Source: Phoronis australis
Lineage: Eukaryota > Animalia > Phoronida
Assembly (NCBI GenBank): GCA_002633005.1
Contig: NMRA01000081.1
Span: forward strand, 251,625 to 315,624
Reading direction: 5' to 3'
DNA: 64,000 nucleotides
This document shows positions 1 to 14,700 of the stretch, piece by piece. The notes below the pieces were generated by a model. The model saw nothing but the letters and a program-made list of their open reading frames with translations. It ran no database searches and was not told where the DNA came from. Every line of letters starts with the position of its first letter. The first letter of the stretch is position 1. Position numbers and translations under genes: made by a program.

Positions 1-1063
1 CAAACGGACTGCTGTGTGTTTCGACAGCTTTATAAATGTTGCAGAGTTGGAGGATGTACTTTTCTCTTTGCCTAGAGGTCAGGAATTTAACTTAAGGCAG
101 AATTAAAGTTGACTAGGTCTACACATTTTCAAAGTGAACCTGGAAATAAGATGCTGTGAAACTCGAGCTTGTTGTAGACACCTGAAGCTGCATTTGCTTG
201 TGACACTTTGATAAACCCCTGATGAATACCCCAGTTAGATGGGAGAGAGACCCTTGAACTGAATTAATGTGCTTGGTTTTAATGAGGTGAATTACAACTG
301 CCAATGTGTGACACGATATTGTTCCTGGCAACCCCAGTCTGTGTGAAGACTATAGGTGAAGCGTGTGTGTACTGAGGAAGTGGGGCAGTGCAGACCTGTT
401 TTGTCTACGCGAGAAAAGTGTGTGAAAGAGAAAGTTGTTGCTTTCACCGGATGCCTTGACTCTTGTTATGCGAATTCTTTCTGTACGTTGTCCCATCATG
501 GGCTCCATGGATGAAGTGTATTGTTTACAAGGCAGTGACATCAGTGTTAAGCCTCGAGTGTATAAGTGTTCTTACCACATAGACTTATCGCGGCACAGGG
601 GGTGTAAGGCTGTCCCTCCAAAGGCGCGTAGGACGTACACCAACCAGGTTCAGGTACATGTATGTTTTGTTGTCAGGTGACTGAATCCTTGTTGTTGGAG
701 TGTAAACACTTTTTAAATTTAGGAGAAATTAAAGAATAAACACTGTCAGGTATTTACTGGTTATATATTCAGATTCTACACATTTAAGTCTTTAGCATTT
801 GGTGAATAGCAAGGCAATGATATAGTTTTCTGTTTTACTGTGGCCGAATACTAGAATTACTCTTGGCATTATGACAGCATTTTAGGTTTTCCATCACCTG
901 TCTGGGTGTAATGGCATGAGATATGTCATTTTTCAGAATACATGTGTGTTACATCTTATCTATAACTTTAGTTTCTGCATTTTTGCAGTCATTGCAAGTG
1001 TCATTGTACTATAAAGTATCAAATGTTATACTGGTCATATTGTGCGTTTTGGTTATCGAATTC

Positions 1064-1239
1064 ACCAACATGAGTGTTGCAGCATATCTCTCTATAGGTC
1101 ATGGCATACCAACATGAGTGTTGCAGCATATCTCTCTATAGGTCATGGCATACCAACATGAGTGTTGCAGCATATCTCTCTATAGGTCATGGCATACCAA
1201 CATGAGTGTTGCAGCATATCTCTCTATAGGTCACGGCAT
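1064..1239. repeat. Minisatellite, 44-bp unit x4 (upstream of the first MYO18 exon seen, presumably intronic)
   Basis: ACCAACATGAGTGTTGCAGCATATCTCTCTATAGGTCATGGCAT at 1064, 1108, 1152 and 1196. Confidence 0.95.
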
Positions 1240-2748
1240 TATGATCCATATGTAATAACAAGTTGGGTCTTAAGGATATCTCGAACCTTATTCACAAGAA
1301 TTGGTCATTTTTACATTTCCCGTCTAACAAAATGCCTTATCTTCATTCTCGGGAACTTCAAATATGAAATATATACAGTGTAGCAAGAAAAAAAATTTAG
1401 CAGAACAACCGAGGTCAAAGGTTATAAGGCTGTCACTTAAATTAAATCTCACACCAGGCACAGAGCAGCACCATGTGTACCCTCAGTCCTTTCATTCACT
1501 GAGTCACCATAATATTGAATCAACGAGGTGTACATATGACAGAAAGATGACACTGAAAATGAAGACAAAACGTAGTTATGATTCTGAGGGAGTTGAGCAT
1601 CTGCATGCATACGACGGTTCAGAATTTATGCTCCGAGTTGCCGCATGCTTCTGTGACTGTGTTTACGAACATAGCAAGTTGTGAAGAGATAATATCCTCA
1701 CCCAAATTCATTAATTTGATTGGTAATATGACATTTTGCTGTTTAGATCTCATGCTAACGACATGCTTAAACCACCGACTCGATTTCTGTTGTCCACTTG
1801 GCACTTAGTTTCATATCAGTGTCCCGGCACTTAGTGTGTATAACAAGGAACTGTCGGACTAGAGACGTTTTAGTGATAATTAAATTAGTACGCACTTTAC
1901 ACACTGCATAGTCAATTGACATTGTAAGTGAATGTTTGTTAAGGCATGTATATGTTATATTGACTGAAATCAAGTTTTCACCGAATAATTAACGGAAGAC
2001 CTTGAGATTTTCACGTCTCCCAACTTAATCGGCTTTGGCAAATTGAGTTAATTTGAACTTAGAAACACGAGTTCTCAAAAACGGCTTGGTCGATTTCGCT
2101 GAAGCTTTCCAAACTTAATATTTATTCATTATTCTCAAAACAAAATTTAGGATTTTCGATATAATGGCCTAGTTTTTGCATAATGTAACAAAGACAAATA
2201 TGACTTAATTTGTACAAAAGTACGTTTCGTTTTTCGAGTTGATTTGTTGTAGAAACTAAACTAAGAGACTAATGAAAAATTCCTTAGCGTTTTGAAGTAA
2301 CTGGTGAAGTTTTCATTTGAAAAGGTTTCGTTAAAATCGACTGAGGCGTTATTTTGATATGACTGTACCTATCTTAATGATGAATTTTTGTTGTTCATAT
2401 AATTATAAAATGTATTTTTATAATCCTTGGTCTTTTTCTTTCAGAAAATGTATACTTTTACTAGTTGACAAAGCCTGGTTTTTTGATATATGAGTTTGAA
2501 CTTAAATGGAAGTTTGCGTTGTCCCATTCCTAGGCTAATTGCCCCTACTATCAATTCCCTAACTATACCCCAAGACCAAGTCACTGTACTACATTATAGC
2601 CAGTATTGATTATGTTGGACAGTCAGGCCAGCGCTGCCATTGTTTGGGTTTTGATTATCGATATTTGTCCCCTTTTACAAGGCTATTTAAGCAGCTCACC
2701 TGATTTACTTTGATCTTAATACTATTGCCGTCACCCGTCTCTTTGTAG

Positions 2749-5700
2749 GTATTTTTCCGTGCCGGAGCCTTGGCCCAACTGGAAGATGGCCGAGAGGAGA
2801 AGATAGCTGGAACTATCAAAGCCTTCCAGGCATACGCCAGAGGTTACTTGGCACGACTCAAGGTCAAGAAATTAAAGGTCCGTTTCACTTACTAATTGGT
2901 TTTCTGGTCAAATGAACTCCTAAACGTTCATTTTTGTTATGTTGTTTTCATGGAGTTGTGAGAAACTTTGATTTTGATCCATTTACAAGGCCTTAAACAT
3001 TGAAATTGTGAAATCAAGATTCCACATTAGACGACATGTCTTTCCACGTACAACTCGTTAGTTGTTTATTAAGTCTGGTGTTCAAGACATGCTGAGTTGA
3101 TAGGGCCAAAACTCAATTTCTTTCATTCACAACATTTTGAAACTTGGAATTGTTGCGTAAATTGGGAATGAATCACTGCACAATGGTGGCAATTTGGCGG
3201 CGTCTTGGTCACAAAGAACTTACAAAAATGTTGAATGTCATCCCACTGACAGCATTAAATCCATACAATAATTCGAAACGCTATCCACCAACTATCTTAT
3301 CACTTTCTAGTGACAAGGCATATTTCATCATGTTGCCACTGTATTGAAAAATGTCAGTTGTTTGGATCTTGTTTGCTTTCATTCGCTGACTTGATCTGAT
3401 TGTATATTTTGTGATGGCTACAACGTGTTTAGGAAGCATTTCACGTTTTTTGTAATTGTTTTAATTGGCAGTTTTTTATCACACAGGTTCAAGCATTAGC
3501 CGTGACTTGCATTCAGAGGAACGTGCGAAAGTTCATGAAAGTGCGCGAGTGGTCGTGGTGGAGACTCTATACAAAGGTGCTGCCCCTTGTGGATGTAACG
3601 AGAACTGAAGAAGACTTGAAAGCAAAAGAGGTAAGTCTGTGGTTATAGAATGTGTTCTTGTTCGTAGTATGCTAGGCTTTTGTGTTAATGTTATTATCAG
3701 TGAAAGAATGTGACTTTGTTCTTTAGACTCAGATATATTGTCGATGTTTAATGAATGGTTCTTCCAAAAATTTGACATAGAATTATGTAGTACAATAGAA
3801 AAATGTTCAAATTTAGCTAACTTCGCTTTGTCGTATCACAGAAATGGAAAACCAGATTCATATGAAACATGCACTTATGAAAAAACTCAAAATCCGTATA
3901 AAACAGAAATCAAAAATGAAAATTTAAAAAACAGTAACAGTAATTTCATTGTGAACTTTTGTATCAATTTGAACTCTTGTCATGTTATTGCTGCTGTTGT
4001 TTTGCGATGATTTCATCGTTGTTTTTTCAAATTGTTTGGGAAATGACATGGTCACATGACCCAACCACTGGCAGATTAATATAAAATCAAAAATCAAATT
4101 CTATAGGCTCTGTACTTTCAGAAAACGTACACATTTCAATAGGTTTGTTGATATTTGACTGAGTGGTCAGTTGTATGCATGAGGTCCTATATAACCTTAA
4201 ATGTACTGATTAATATGAACTGAGATATGCTGTTATGGCGCCTCTGTTAACTATTCTGGAATTTTTGTTTCAATTAAAAAGAGAACTACCCATGAGAATA
4301 GTTCAGGCTTATGCCTTCAGATGGAATTTCATTCATCCCAGGCCAGAGTCTTCTTCTGGGTGGGATTGTTTGCTAACCTTCCATTGATACTCAGTGTAAT
4401 GTAAGGATTCTGTCTTGTAGCATTATTTAAGGTCACCAGTGTAAAATAAACATTGCCCAAGGGCAGCAGGTCTGTGTAAAGAGCCTATTGTTATTGGTCA
4501 CTCCTGTATGTGGACTGGTTGAAGTGTAGAATGGGGTCAGGGCATGACTAAAGACTGAGCTGGGTTGTGAGGAGGTGGTCTTGGGGCCCAGGTCTACCTT
4601 GGATATAGGTCATTTGTATCTCAGTCTGGAGTGGCATGTATGAGGAGTTGGTGGGGGACATTACAGTGCCAGTAAGACATCTAGAGTTGGGAGAATTGGT
4701 GCTGTGTGATTATATAGAGAGCACAAAATTTGTGTCATCCTAGCACTTGTTCCTCATGAAAGGAAACATCTTTTGGCTCCAGAGAACACCTTGACTTTAG
4801 TTGAGACATTGGTTTGTTGATGATATCAAAGAGTTGCTTTCCTGTTGTCAGATTGAGGTGGAGCAGCTAAGAGCAAAACTTGAAAAACTGGACAAAGAGC
4901 GAAGTGCGCTGAAAATAGCATGTGAAAAACTGGAGAATAAGGTTAGTGTGTTGTCACTCTCAGTATTCAACAAACAAATGTTACTGAGCATTTGTTCTGT
5001 TTTCCTTCTGTTGATCCATTGTCTTTGTATTTGTCTGTTATTGTGTTGAAATTGATGTTCGCCTCTGGCACTAGCAGCACACATCATTTCAATATTGTTT
5101 AATTTTCTAATTTGTAATTTTCGTTTTCTGCAGTAACGAAAAATCTTCGAAGAAATATTTTATCACTCGTCAGGTGATTGTACCAAGTGTTAAAACGTAT
5201 TTCTGTCTGATGATGTCATCAACCTATTCTTTGTCTACAGACAGACCCTGAGTATCGATTTGTTTGTAAAGACTTATTTCAAGAATACTTGTCCTTGTTT
5301 GAATATTCTCAAGTTTCTGTGGCATAGTAATGCAAACTACCGGAAACAAAAGTATTGTTTATAAATGGAACTAGTTCTTAAATTAATGCAGTTAAAGCTG
5401 CCATAGACAAGCCTATGAATAGAAAAATAATCTCAACATTTAGGCCACTAACCTTTGTAATGGTCTCAACTTGTTCGTTGTTAAAATTGGTTGAAACTGT
5501 GCTCGGTGCATACAATGTTCAAGCCAGCTTGTTAAGCTAAGCACAAACAGTATTGTAATGTCAGCTCTTCTCAACTAACACTAGAAATCACAGTACGGAA
5601 CTTGGTGAAACCGTTTTTTGATAGCCAGTAGCCTAAATCCAAAGTTTGTTTTATGACAGAAAACAAGTTTACAGGGTTTGCGCTACCTTTAAAAGCTAAA

Positions 5701-8700
5701 AGTAAGTTCTGTGGTTCTTCAGGTATTGTGTATTAAAATGATTGCCTTAAAGATGTAGTTGCATGCTCATGTATAGCAGTAACTTAACGACAATGGTATT
5801 TGAACATCATCTATGCTAAACAAAGGGCATTTGTATTCACTGACATCTTGTTAATGTGAAAACAAAAAATCTGTGAATAGGTGACCTTAGCACTGATGAC
5901 GTACCTTGTGGCCTCACGTAGGGCGCATCATGCAATGTTATTCCCCAACACCACGTCACTATACTTACTGGACACGATTGAGTGATTTATAGCAGATCAT
6001 TTTCGACACAAAACTTGTTCTTAAAAACGTGTCTATTTTCAACCTCCTTCGTATTCACATCTTCGGTATATGTTGACCGAGCAATCACAGAGATAAGGCA
6101 TTAGCGTGCAAGTTCCACTTTAAGTGTTGCTGGATAATGCGTGTACACTGTACACCCAGGGCCCTAGGTGCCTCAATTTTGGAAGGTCAATTCTGCTCTG
6201 AAAAATATTTCAATCTCAGGAGAAATTCTCCGTTTCTTGACCAAAAAATCCCTCCAACGATTAATAATTCCTCCCCCCCGGTTTAGAATCCATTTTAAAT
6301 TACACAGTCCCACTTAAATTAGTGACAACCTTGGTTGGAATTTTCCTGATCCGAAAAAATTCCCCTCTCAGAAGACACAGGCACCTCTCCTGAATTGAGG
6401 GAGGCCATGACTCTTGAACAATCCCAAAATCATAATGCCTGGCTCCTACCAGTATTTAGCCCCTTTTTGCGTTTTTGTTGACTAGAGACCACTGCAGTTT
6501 CATGTTTTAACAGTTGACCGAGATGACGGCGGATCTGACGGAGGAGCATACCACATCGAGCCATGCCACGGAGGCCCTGGAGGCAGAGACGGCTGAGAGG
6601 ATCAGGCTAGAGAGAGAGTTGAAGGATTTACAGGTATCACTGCACTCTGAATACACTCGCACCATTTTGTTCAAACAACATGAGGAATGATTTGTGTAAA
6701 CTTTGAGCTTAATAATATCTCATTAAAGAATTTCTTGAAACTTGCAATTTTCAGATTCTGTTTTAGCTATCAAGTAGGTACTAGAGACTCTTGAAATCAG
6801 GAACCGCATTCCATGACAGAAAATCATAATACTGCATTGCGCTAGTTTGGCAGAAGCTTTCACATCAGCATTGGCTGTTGATTTTCTACAATTTTGTTAT
6901 GGATTTTCTCTTGATGGTTCATTTCTTCCACAAGAAATTATATTTGTTCCTTCGTTTGCATGCTTTTTTGATTGCTGTTGTATGGTGAGTGTTCCTAACT
7001 GAACATCTGACAAAGAGACAGTTTTTGACAATTTCTCCAATAACATTTGTTTGATGTTTCTCAGATCTTACACATTCAGTTGTTTATGCTTAGACTCATA
7101 GTTCTGAAACGAGCTAACTATTCCTTAGTTCCAATGAATATTAAATGATCAGTAACCAAATCTGTCACGATTGTCGTGAATCTCTATTGAACGCTGCTAA
7201 CTTAAATCCTCCACCTATTGATTTAGGGAGGAGGAATTCTTCGGCAAGACCAAAACACGCTGTTGGTAAATTTTTTAGGTTTACGTGGACATTTTTTCTC
7301 TTTGAAATTGCCTCTTCCTAGGACATTGTAGATGCGCCAGTGTATTGTATTTACTATATGTGAGTGTATTGGTGTAAATATGACTGTCTATGTCCATCTG
7401 TGCAGACAAAGCATGCTGCTGTCCAGCACAAGAATGAACAGCTACAGATGGAAGTGATGCAGTCTCGCATGTGGTCTGTGTCAGCTGACGGGGATATGGA
7501 TGAGGATGACGACGGTGAAGGTAGGCCTCTCGTGACTTAAATAACCGATTGATGCGACATAGTTGGTTAAGTTTGATCTTGGCTTCGATCGTGCATTTTT
7601 AGTGTGAGGTGAACAATCGAAATTCTCCTGCAATGGGAAATAGAGTGTTGGTGACTGGTCACGTGATAACAAAGATTCCTTTTACAAGGGAACAATGTTG
7701 TACAAAGTGCCTCAACATACTCTTGTTCCCCTTAGAAAGAAATACTTTTGAAAAAATTAAAGGTGTCCACCTGTGTCTCCAGCTGAGAAATGGCCAACAG
7801 ATGTCACCACTATCTTGTGACTAGTCTCCTCTGCTGAGTGCATCTTCATTCTTACAAATGTAAATCCTTCAGAAGCCATTATGCTCACTGGGCCGGTTGC
7901 TAATCCTGGTTTTTGTAGGGTGGTGGATGAATTTTTTTTTTCTCGCCTTGTGTATGACATTATTTCATGGCGTGTTACTTTTCAGCCTAAGGATGTTGTT
8001 CATTTGCCTGACTGGAGCAATGCAACTTAAATGCCTTGCACAAGGGGAGACCTACAACTGTAAACCTCAGAGTCTACTTATGGCAACTGCTGAGCCACAG
8101 TACCTGCACTCTTCCCTCAGCGCACTGTATTAATTTCACATTGAACTTATTTTCTCCACGCAGGTGATGGTTCCATCTATAAGGACAAGTATGAAAGAGC
8201 CATGCGAGAACTAGACTTTCAGAAAAAGAGGTTAAAACAGCAACATGAAGAGGAACTGGACCAGGAGCAGACGAACAAGAAACATGTGGAGAGAAAGGTT
8301 AGTATTGAGACTGATGTTGATGTAAGCTGTCATTAACAAGAAACATGTGGAGAGAAATAGTTTACTAAAAAATATGGCCGTCCTGATCTGTAATAATGGG
8401 GTCATTTCATTTGGTCATTTTTAGCTTGCACACACTTCTGTATTAACTGTATGTTTCGCAGATGAGAGTGACAGCAGACTGTCATGGCTGTAGTGCTGTA
8501 GTCCGTCTGCTGGGCTGTGTTGTTGATGATGAATGACACTGTTGTCTTGTTGCCATAGTTACACGACGCTAACGAGGAGAATGAGGAACTGCGCCGTGAA
8601 ATAAGTAACGCCAAGCGCAAGTCACAAAGACTCGCGCAAGAACTTCAGGACATGAAGCTTCATCTGGAGGAACAGATGTCGAGGAATGCAGACTTGGAAA

Positions 8701-11700
8701 AGAAGCAACGCAAGTAAGTAGTGACGTGACTGTAAAAGCGATGGGGAAGATTCATGTCAGTATGAACATCATTGTTATTGTTATCATTAAAGTTATGCAG
8801 GACCCTCGAAAAATGTACAAATTTGGCCAACTTTAGAACATCATATTATCTCAGAAATTGGCTGATTCATATCAAACTTTCAGATAGTATGCTGGCAGGT
8901 TTTGGTTTTAAAATGTTCACGGTTTACATGAAAGGCTGATAAAATAGGACTTATGTAATTTTCATGAAGACAAGATGATATTCTAGGAATATGTAACAGC
9001 ATTTCTGTGATATTTTTAACGTTGTATGAAAATAAATTTTGATCGTGTTATTTAGACTATTGTTTTGCTATCTGTGTACCTTTCGTTTTTGCTAAATTTT
9101 ACTACAAAGGCATAATCACATGATCCAATTTATGGCAGGTTAATAAAATGTAGAAAAACTAATGCTACAGACTTTCTATTTTCAGAAATAAGTATTTTAT
9201 TTAGTTAACATCTGTCAGTTTGCAGATATTTGGCTAGAACGTAGATTTCTCAACAAGGTCCTACATAATCTTTACCCAGTTCTTTATCATTTAATGGTAA
9301 TAGGCTTCTCTGTGTGAAATAATAATATTCTGATTTTAGATTCCTGGTTATCAGCTGGTGAAAACTGATATTGAACTTAGCCGTTCCATTACCCGTAGCC
9401 TTGAGGAACAATTAGCCTACATTTTCTCATTGGTTTCAAACCTGTTTTATTTCTTGCTTATATCTTATATACGTGGATATTTTAACTTTTTCAGGTTTGA
9501 CACAGAGTTGCACAGGTTCCAAGAGGAGGCGCTACTGGAGAGTAGTAGCAAGGATAAACTACAGAGGGAGCGTGATGAAAGTGCTGCTGAGAAATACCGT
9601 CTGGAAAAGGAAGTAGAGGTATACTGGTCTTACTTAGTTGTTATTAGAGTTAACTTACAGTTCAATGTTTGTCAGATATTTCTTCTGAAGTGAAATGTCT
9701 TCAGTGTTGTGTGAGGATGTCAGTTGTGTTTGAGAAATTAAGACTGCACATCTATTAGGGAGAGTGTTTGAGTCATATTATTTCTGTCTGGGCTCATGTA
9801 ATTTTGAGGCTTTTGTTAATGGATTTTTTGGTGAATGTAATTCAGGGCTAGAAGTTCAATTTTAATCTCAAAGGTTAAAAGCAAACTTAAGTGAAATTTT
9901 ACAAGCACATAAATCTAGCAAAATTAGCAAAACTAAGGACATTTTATCCCATGCCTGGGACTAAATTTGAACCCTGTGCATAAACATGTCTGGGTATTTT
10001 GAACACTGCTGGGTATTTTGAACACTGCTGGGGATTACGTTAGCTTATTATTTCAGAGCTTAAAAGTCGACCTGGAAATGCAGCAGGATAAAATCACACG
10101 GCTACAGCACGAAGTGAGTGACCTGTCAACTCTGGAAAAGGTGGACACAGAGGTGTTGAGTGCAAAGAGGATGAAACATGAGCTGGAGATGAAACTGAAG
10201 GATCAGGAGGAGGAGCTGGATGAACAGGCTGGGCAGATACAGATGCTGGAGCAGGTAAGGACTGGTGATGAACTTGTACTAGGGGATGTGTGGGGAGGAA
10301 GGTTTGGGAGGAAAAAGTTGGGTGAAGAGGCTGGGCAGATACAGATGCTGGAGCAGGTAAGGACTGGTGGTGAACTTGTATTAGGGGATGTGTGGGGAGG
10401 AAGGTTTGGGAGGGAAAGGTTGGATGAAGAGGCTGAACTGACAGACTGGTGTTGGACTTGGGTAATATTCTGTTCAGTCAGTTGGAAATGTGGCATTCAT
10501 GTGATATAATGTTGAATTCTTTACAGGCCAAATTGCGTCTTGAAATGAATGCTGAAAAACAGCGTCAGCAACACCAGAAAGAACTGGATGACAGGGAGAT
10601 GGAGATAGAAGAATCTAGAGCATCATTCCAACGTAAAGTAAGTTGCACTATGATATGTCAATGCTGCACTATTTTTGTCTTTTGAATGTCACCACTAGTT
10701 TTTAGATACTGTTTCTGAGTATTGCTCACATAAGTGGTTTTGTAATGGCCGACCAGTACGTAATGCTTTCAAAATAGATGGCAGCCATTTTAGTTTGGGT
10801 GGAACCATATGTTGTTCAACTTGCTTTAATTCCTCTTTTGCAAGTAGAGTTCCATCATTTCCTTGTTATTCTCATCCCAAACTTTTCCAGTGCTAATTTC
10901 TATGTAACTGTGTTGCTGTTAATCTGCGTGTTGACAGGGTATAGGTAAGAGTTATCAATCTATTACACGCCATGGTAAGTCTAATGTTCGAGGCCCAGTT
11001 GGGACACAGATCTTTTCAGACTTAACTAGAGGTCACATGAATTGACCAACAGATGGTGTGTAAGACGACTAATAATTTTGCTCATGCTATAGCATCATCT
11101 TTGCTTTACCACCTCCACACTTCATAGCGGCTGCAGCAACTATTGTGAAATGCTTCACTTTACTGTTTTTTCTAGCTAAAAACTCTTGAAGCTCAAATTG
11201 AAGATGACTATGAAGAGAAGCAGCAGGTGATGAGGGAGAAACGAGACCTGGAGGCCAAGTTGAAGAATGTGGAAGAACAAGCGCCTATGAGAGATCGGGA
11301 AAATGAGAAAATGTTGAAGAAAGATTTGAAGAAGGCCAAGGCCTTATTGCACGATGCCCAGAGCATGTTGGAGAAACAGAGAAAAGAGGCCAATAGTAAA
11401 GGGTCTATGAAACAGCTCAGGAATCAAGTGAGTTGAAGGGATGTCAGAGTTGGGTTGGTTGGGGTGTTTATTTACTTATTTATTTTCTTGAGTTATGTTG
11501 AGTAGACAAAAAGGCTGTTCAAATTTCTTCAAGTAGCAAATTTTAAAATGAGCCAGTTTCATCTTATGAGATTGTTCAAATTTCTCAAGTCGTGAATTTC
11601 AACAACAATCCTTTATCGTCTCATGAGTGCTTCAATGTTTAAACAAATTTTGCTATACATTAATGTATCAATGTTATCCTATTGTCTATTGTTGCAGCTT

Positions 11701-14700
11701 GAGGATCAACAGTTCACTGTTGCCGCGGCGACAAAAGCCAAGAAATCTTTGGAAGTGGAGCTGGAAGACATACAGCTGCAACTGGAGGAGATGACCAAGG
11801 CCAAGACGTCTGCGGAAGACCGAGCTATGCAGTTGCAGAGACAGAACAACGACTTGAAGAGCAAGCTGGAGGAGAATGATGATGATATGTTGGAGCTGGA
11901 GAAGAAATATAAAGCTGTTGTCTCTCAGGTACCAGGACTGTTGATATTTCATCTGAATCTATGGCAACATAATTTGCAATCTGGGAAATATTATTCTATA
12001 ACTTAGGACTAAGGGTTTTATTGTTTATCGATTCATGAACATACATTGTGTATGATTTAGTCATGTCCAGCATTCAAGTTTTGGTAGATGTAAAGAGTTA
12101 CATGCTCAGATTGTCTAGTTAACCATTAGTATGCAGTGCAGAACCTGCCGAAAAGGAAGGCAGTGTCACACTTGCGTATTTGTTGGTAGCAAACCCTTTG
12201 GTCTCTTCAAATTGTGTTTTTATGCATTGAACACATTGCATTCGTTTCAGCAATCTGTGGACCAGATCACGCTGCGTGACCAGGCATCAAACCTCACTGA
12301 CCTTGGGGACGAGAAGCAGCGTCTGAAGGAGCAGGTGTTGGAGCTGCAGAGTAGAGTAGAGTATCTGGAGGTCAACTATGTGGACAGGCAGAAGTTAGTG
12401 GTGAATGAGTCAAGAATGAGGGAGATGGAAACCAAGCTGGAGTTTGAGCAGTCATCGAAGAAGAGGCTTGAGGTGAGTCGACAGGGGGGGGGAAGAGAGA
12501 AGGGAGGTGAAAAGGATGAGGGAGTTGGTGTCGAGGCTGGAACTTGAGTGTTCATCCTAGATGAGAGTGTAGAAGACTGAGAAGAGGAGTGATAAAGGAG
12601 AGGGTTGTTTGAGAGAAGACACTTGTGAAAGGACAGGGGGGCAAGGGATGTTAGGTGTGTAGAGAGATTTGTAAAAGATGTCAAAGCAAAGTGAAAGGCT
12701 GTAAAGTTGACATCTGTTTGAGACAAGGGAGCAGAGAAGTAGATGTGATTTTGTTACGGCAATGAAGAGGAGAGTTATTTTATTTTTTTTATTTTTGATA
12801 ATGGTAATGGTGTTTATTTCAGATTGACATATGAAAACTTGGTGTTCTAATTTCAGACACTTGCCGAGAGATTCAAAGAAGAGTTGGACCTTCAGCTGCA
12901 GGAGAACGAGAGGATACATAATTCAGACACTCAGAAGTCGGACGTTAACAGGCGGAGCCAGAAGCAGTTACGAGACTTGCGTGAAGAGTTTGGAGAAGTC
13001 GAAAAGAGAGAGTTGGAAGCAAGTCAAAAGAAACACGAGCTGGTAAAGTGGATTTATGAGTTTGCATTGATGCAGATACTGGCAAGTGCTAAATTGACAA
13101 ATCAAGGGAATTTGATTATTTCATTTTATATGTTAAAGCAGCAGTAAATGGATATTCCATCAAAGGAGGTTTCAAATTTCAGACCACTTATTGTAAGTTG
13201 TAAAATTTGTCTTATCTTGTTTTTTACTTAGTAAGATAAGATGTAACAAACTGGCAGTTTGTTACATCTCGAGTCTCTGCTTGTCATGTAAAATGACACG
13301 TCATGACAAATCAGCTTATAGAGGCTGGTCTCCAGCAAGAACAAACTCCAAGTTCTTTTCAAGCTTGGAAATCGCATCTGTTTTGACTAAGGACCAATTT
13401 GACACCACTGTGATAATGGCATTTGATTAAATATTGTTTTTGCGATAGGGAGAAGGTATATAATTTCTTTAAATAAAGCGTTATTGTCTTGTGAAATCTT
13501 GTACCTGTTATTGAGTTGTGTTGCTGGATTGATGTCATCTGTCTTATCCACGATTTCAGGAGCTGCACATCCAGACGCTGGAGGCCGACCTAGAGCAGAG
13601 TCAGTCTGACCTGAAGCTGGCCTTCAAGAGGATTGCTGACCTGCAGGCTGTGATAGAGGACAACCTGGACACAGACAGTGACCTATCAGACGTGTGAGTA
13701 GCACTGGGCAATGGGTAGCAGTGAACCTTGATACAGTTTGTCGTGACCTGGGCACACTCAGAAGGATGAGGTAGAAGACATATAGCCAGCACTCAAAAAA
13801 AAACTCTATGAAGGCATGAAAATAATGTATTTCAGGAGTTTCAATAATTTCCACCCAAAATTTTTCTAACAGGTTTTTAACATGACAACCTAATGAATGT
13901 GTTATGACAGTATTGCAATATATACTGTATAATGCATGTGTTAATTAGAACAAAATGGCTACTGCGTGTCCCACAATTCACTGTGCATGTCCCGTTTCAC
14001 GAACGCAAACAAGGTCATTGTTAACTTTCAGTTCATGACGGTCGTAGGTCTTGAAAATGGCAGGCTTTGTTCTGAACTGTGAACTACTTTTAACAACTCA
14101 TTTGTTGGCGGATCCTTTGACACATGTCAATCCTTTGTTTCTGCTTCAATTTGGAGAGGATAAAAACACCCACATAGCTGTAATCTTTGTTCTTGCTATA
14201 AATTTTGGTGTCCAAAGTGGCCTGTGTTTTTTGGGGACACTCTAACCTGTAGTAGTTTTGGCTGGTATTGTTTACATGTCTCCCCGACATTTGTCTATCC
14301 AACAAACTCTTCAAAATTCCACATGTTAGCCTTGTGTGTATTTAAGTATATAAGTAATTGACATTGATTTTTCTGTGGACACGCCCTTTTTACCTTGGCT
14401 TTTGACCATATTTGGGAGGGATGGCGAGCTTTGCTTATTGACCTACAGCAGAGTACTGCGAATCAGACCAGTTTTATGATGAGGTTTGGTTTTTATGAAA
14501 TGTGGTGCAAGTTAAAAGCACTGCTTAGGTGTTCTAGCCACTCCTCTTGACAAATTGTAACATGATGTTTCAAATTGTAACATCATGTTTCAAATTGTAA
14601 CATGATGTTTCAAATTGTAACATCATGTTTCAAATTGTAACATCATGTTTCAAATTGTAACATCATGTTTCAAATTGTAACATGATGTTTCAAATTGTAA

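Noticed and set aside
1064-1239. Regular direct repeats that might suggest a CRISPR array
   Set aside because: Head-to-tail 44-bp units without unique spacers, in eukaryotic non-coding DNA with no cas genes; a minisatellite.
119-2748. Short ORFs and possible upstream myosin motor exons
   Set aside because: No myosin-like translation with valid splice sites; probably intron with repeat fragments.
3780-4170. Similarity to ~48170-48500
   Set aside because: Appears to be an ordinary degenerate interspersed repeat; boundaries and class cannot be supported by eye.
14449-14483. Possible extra MYO18 microexon (cag|...GAG|gtttgg)
   Set aside because: In-frame TGA in the required phase and a weak donor.
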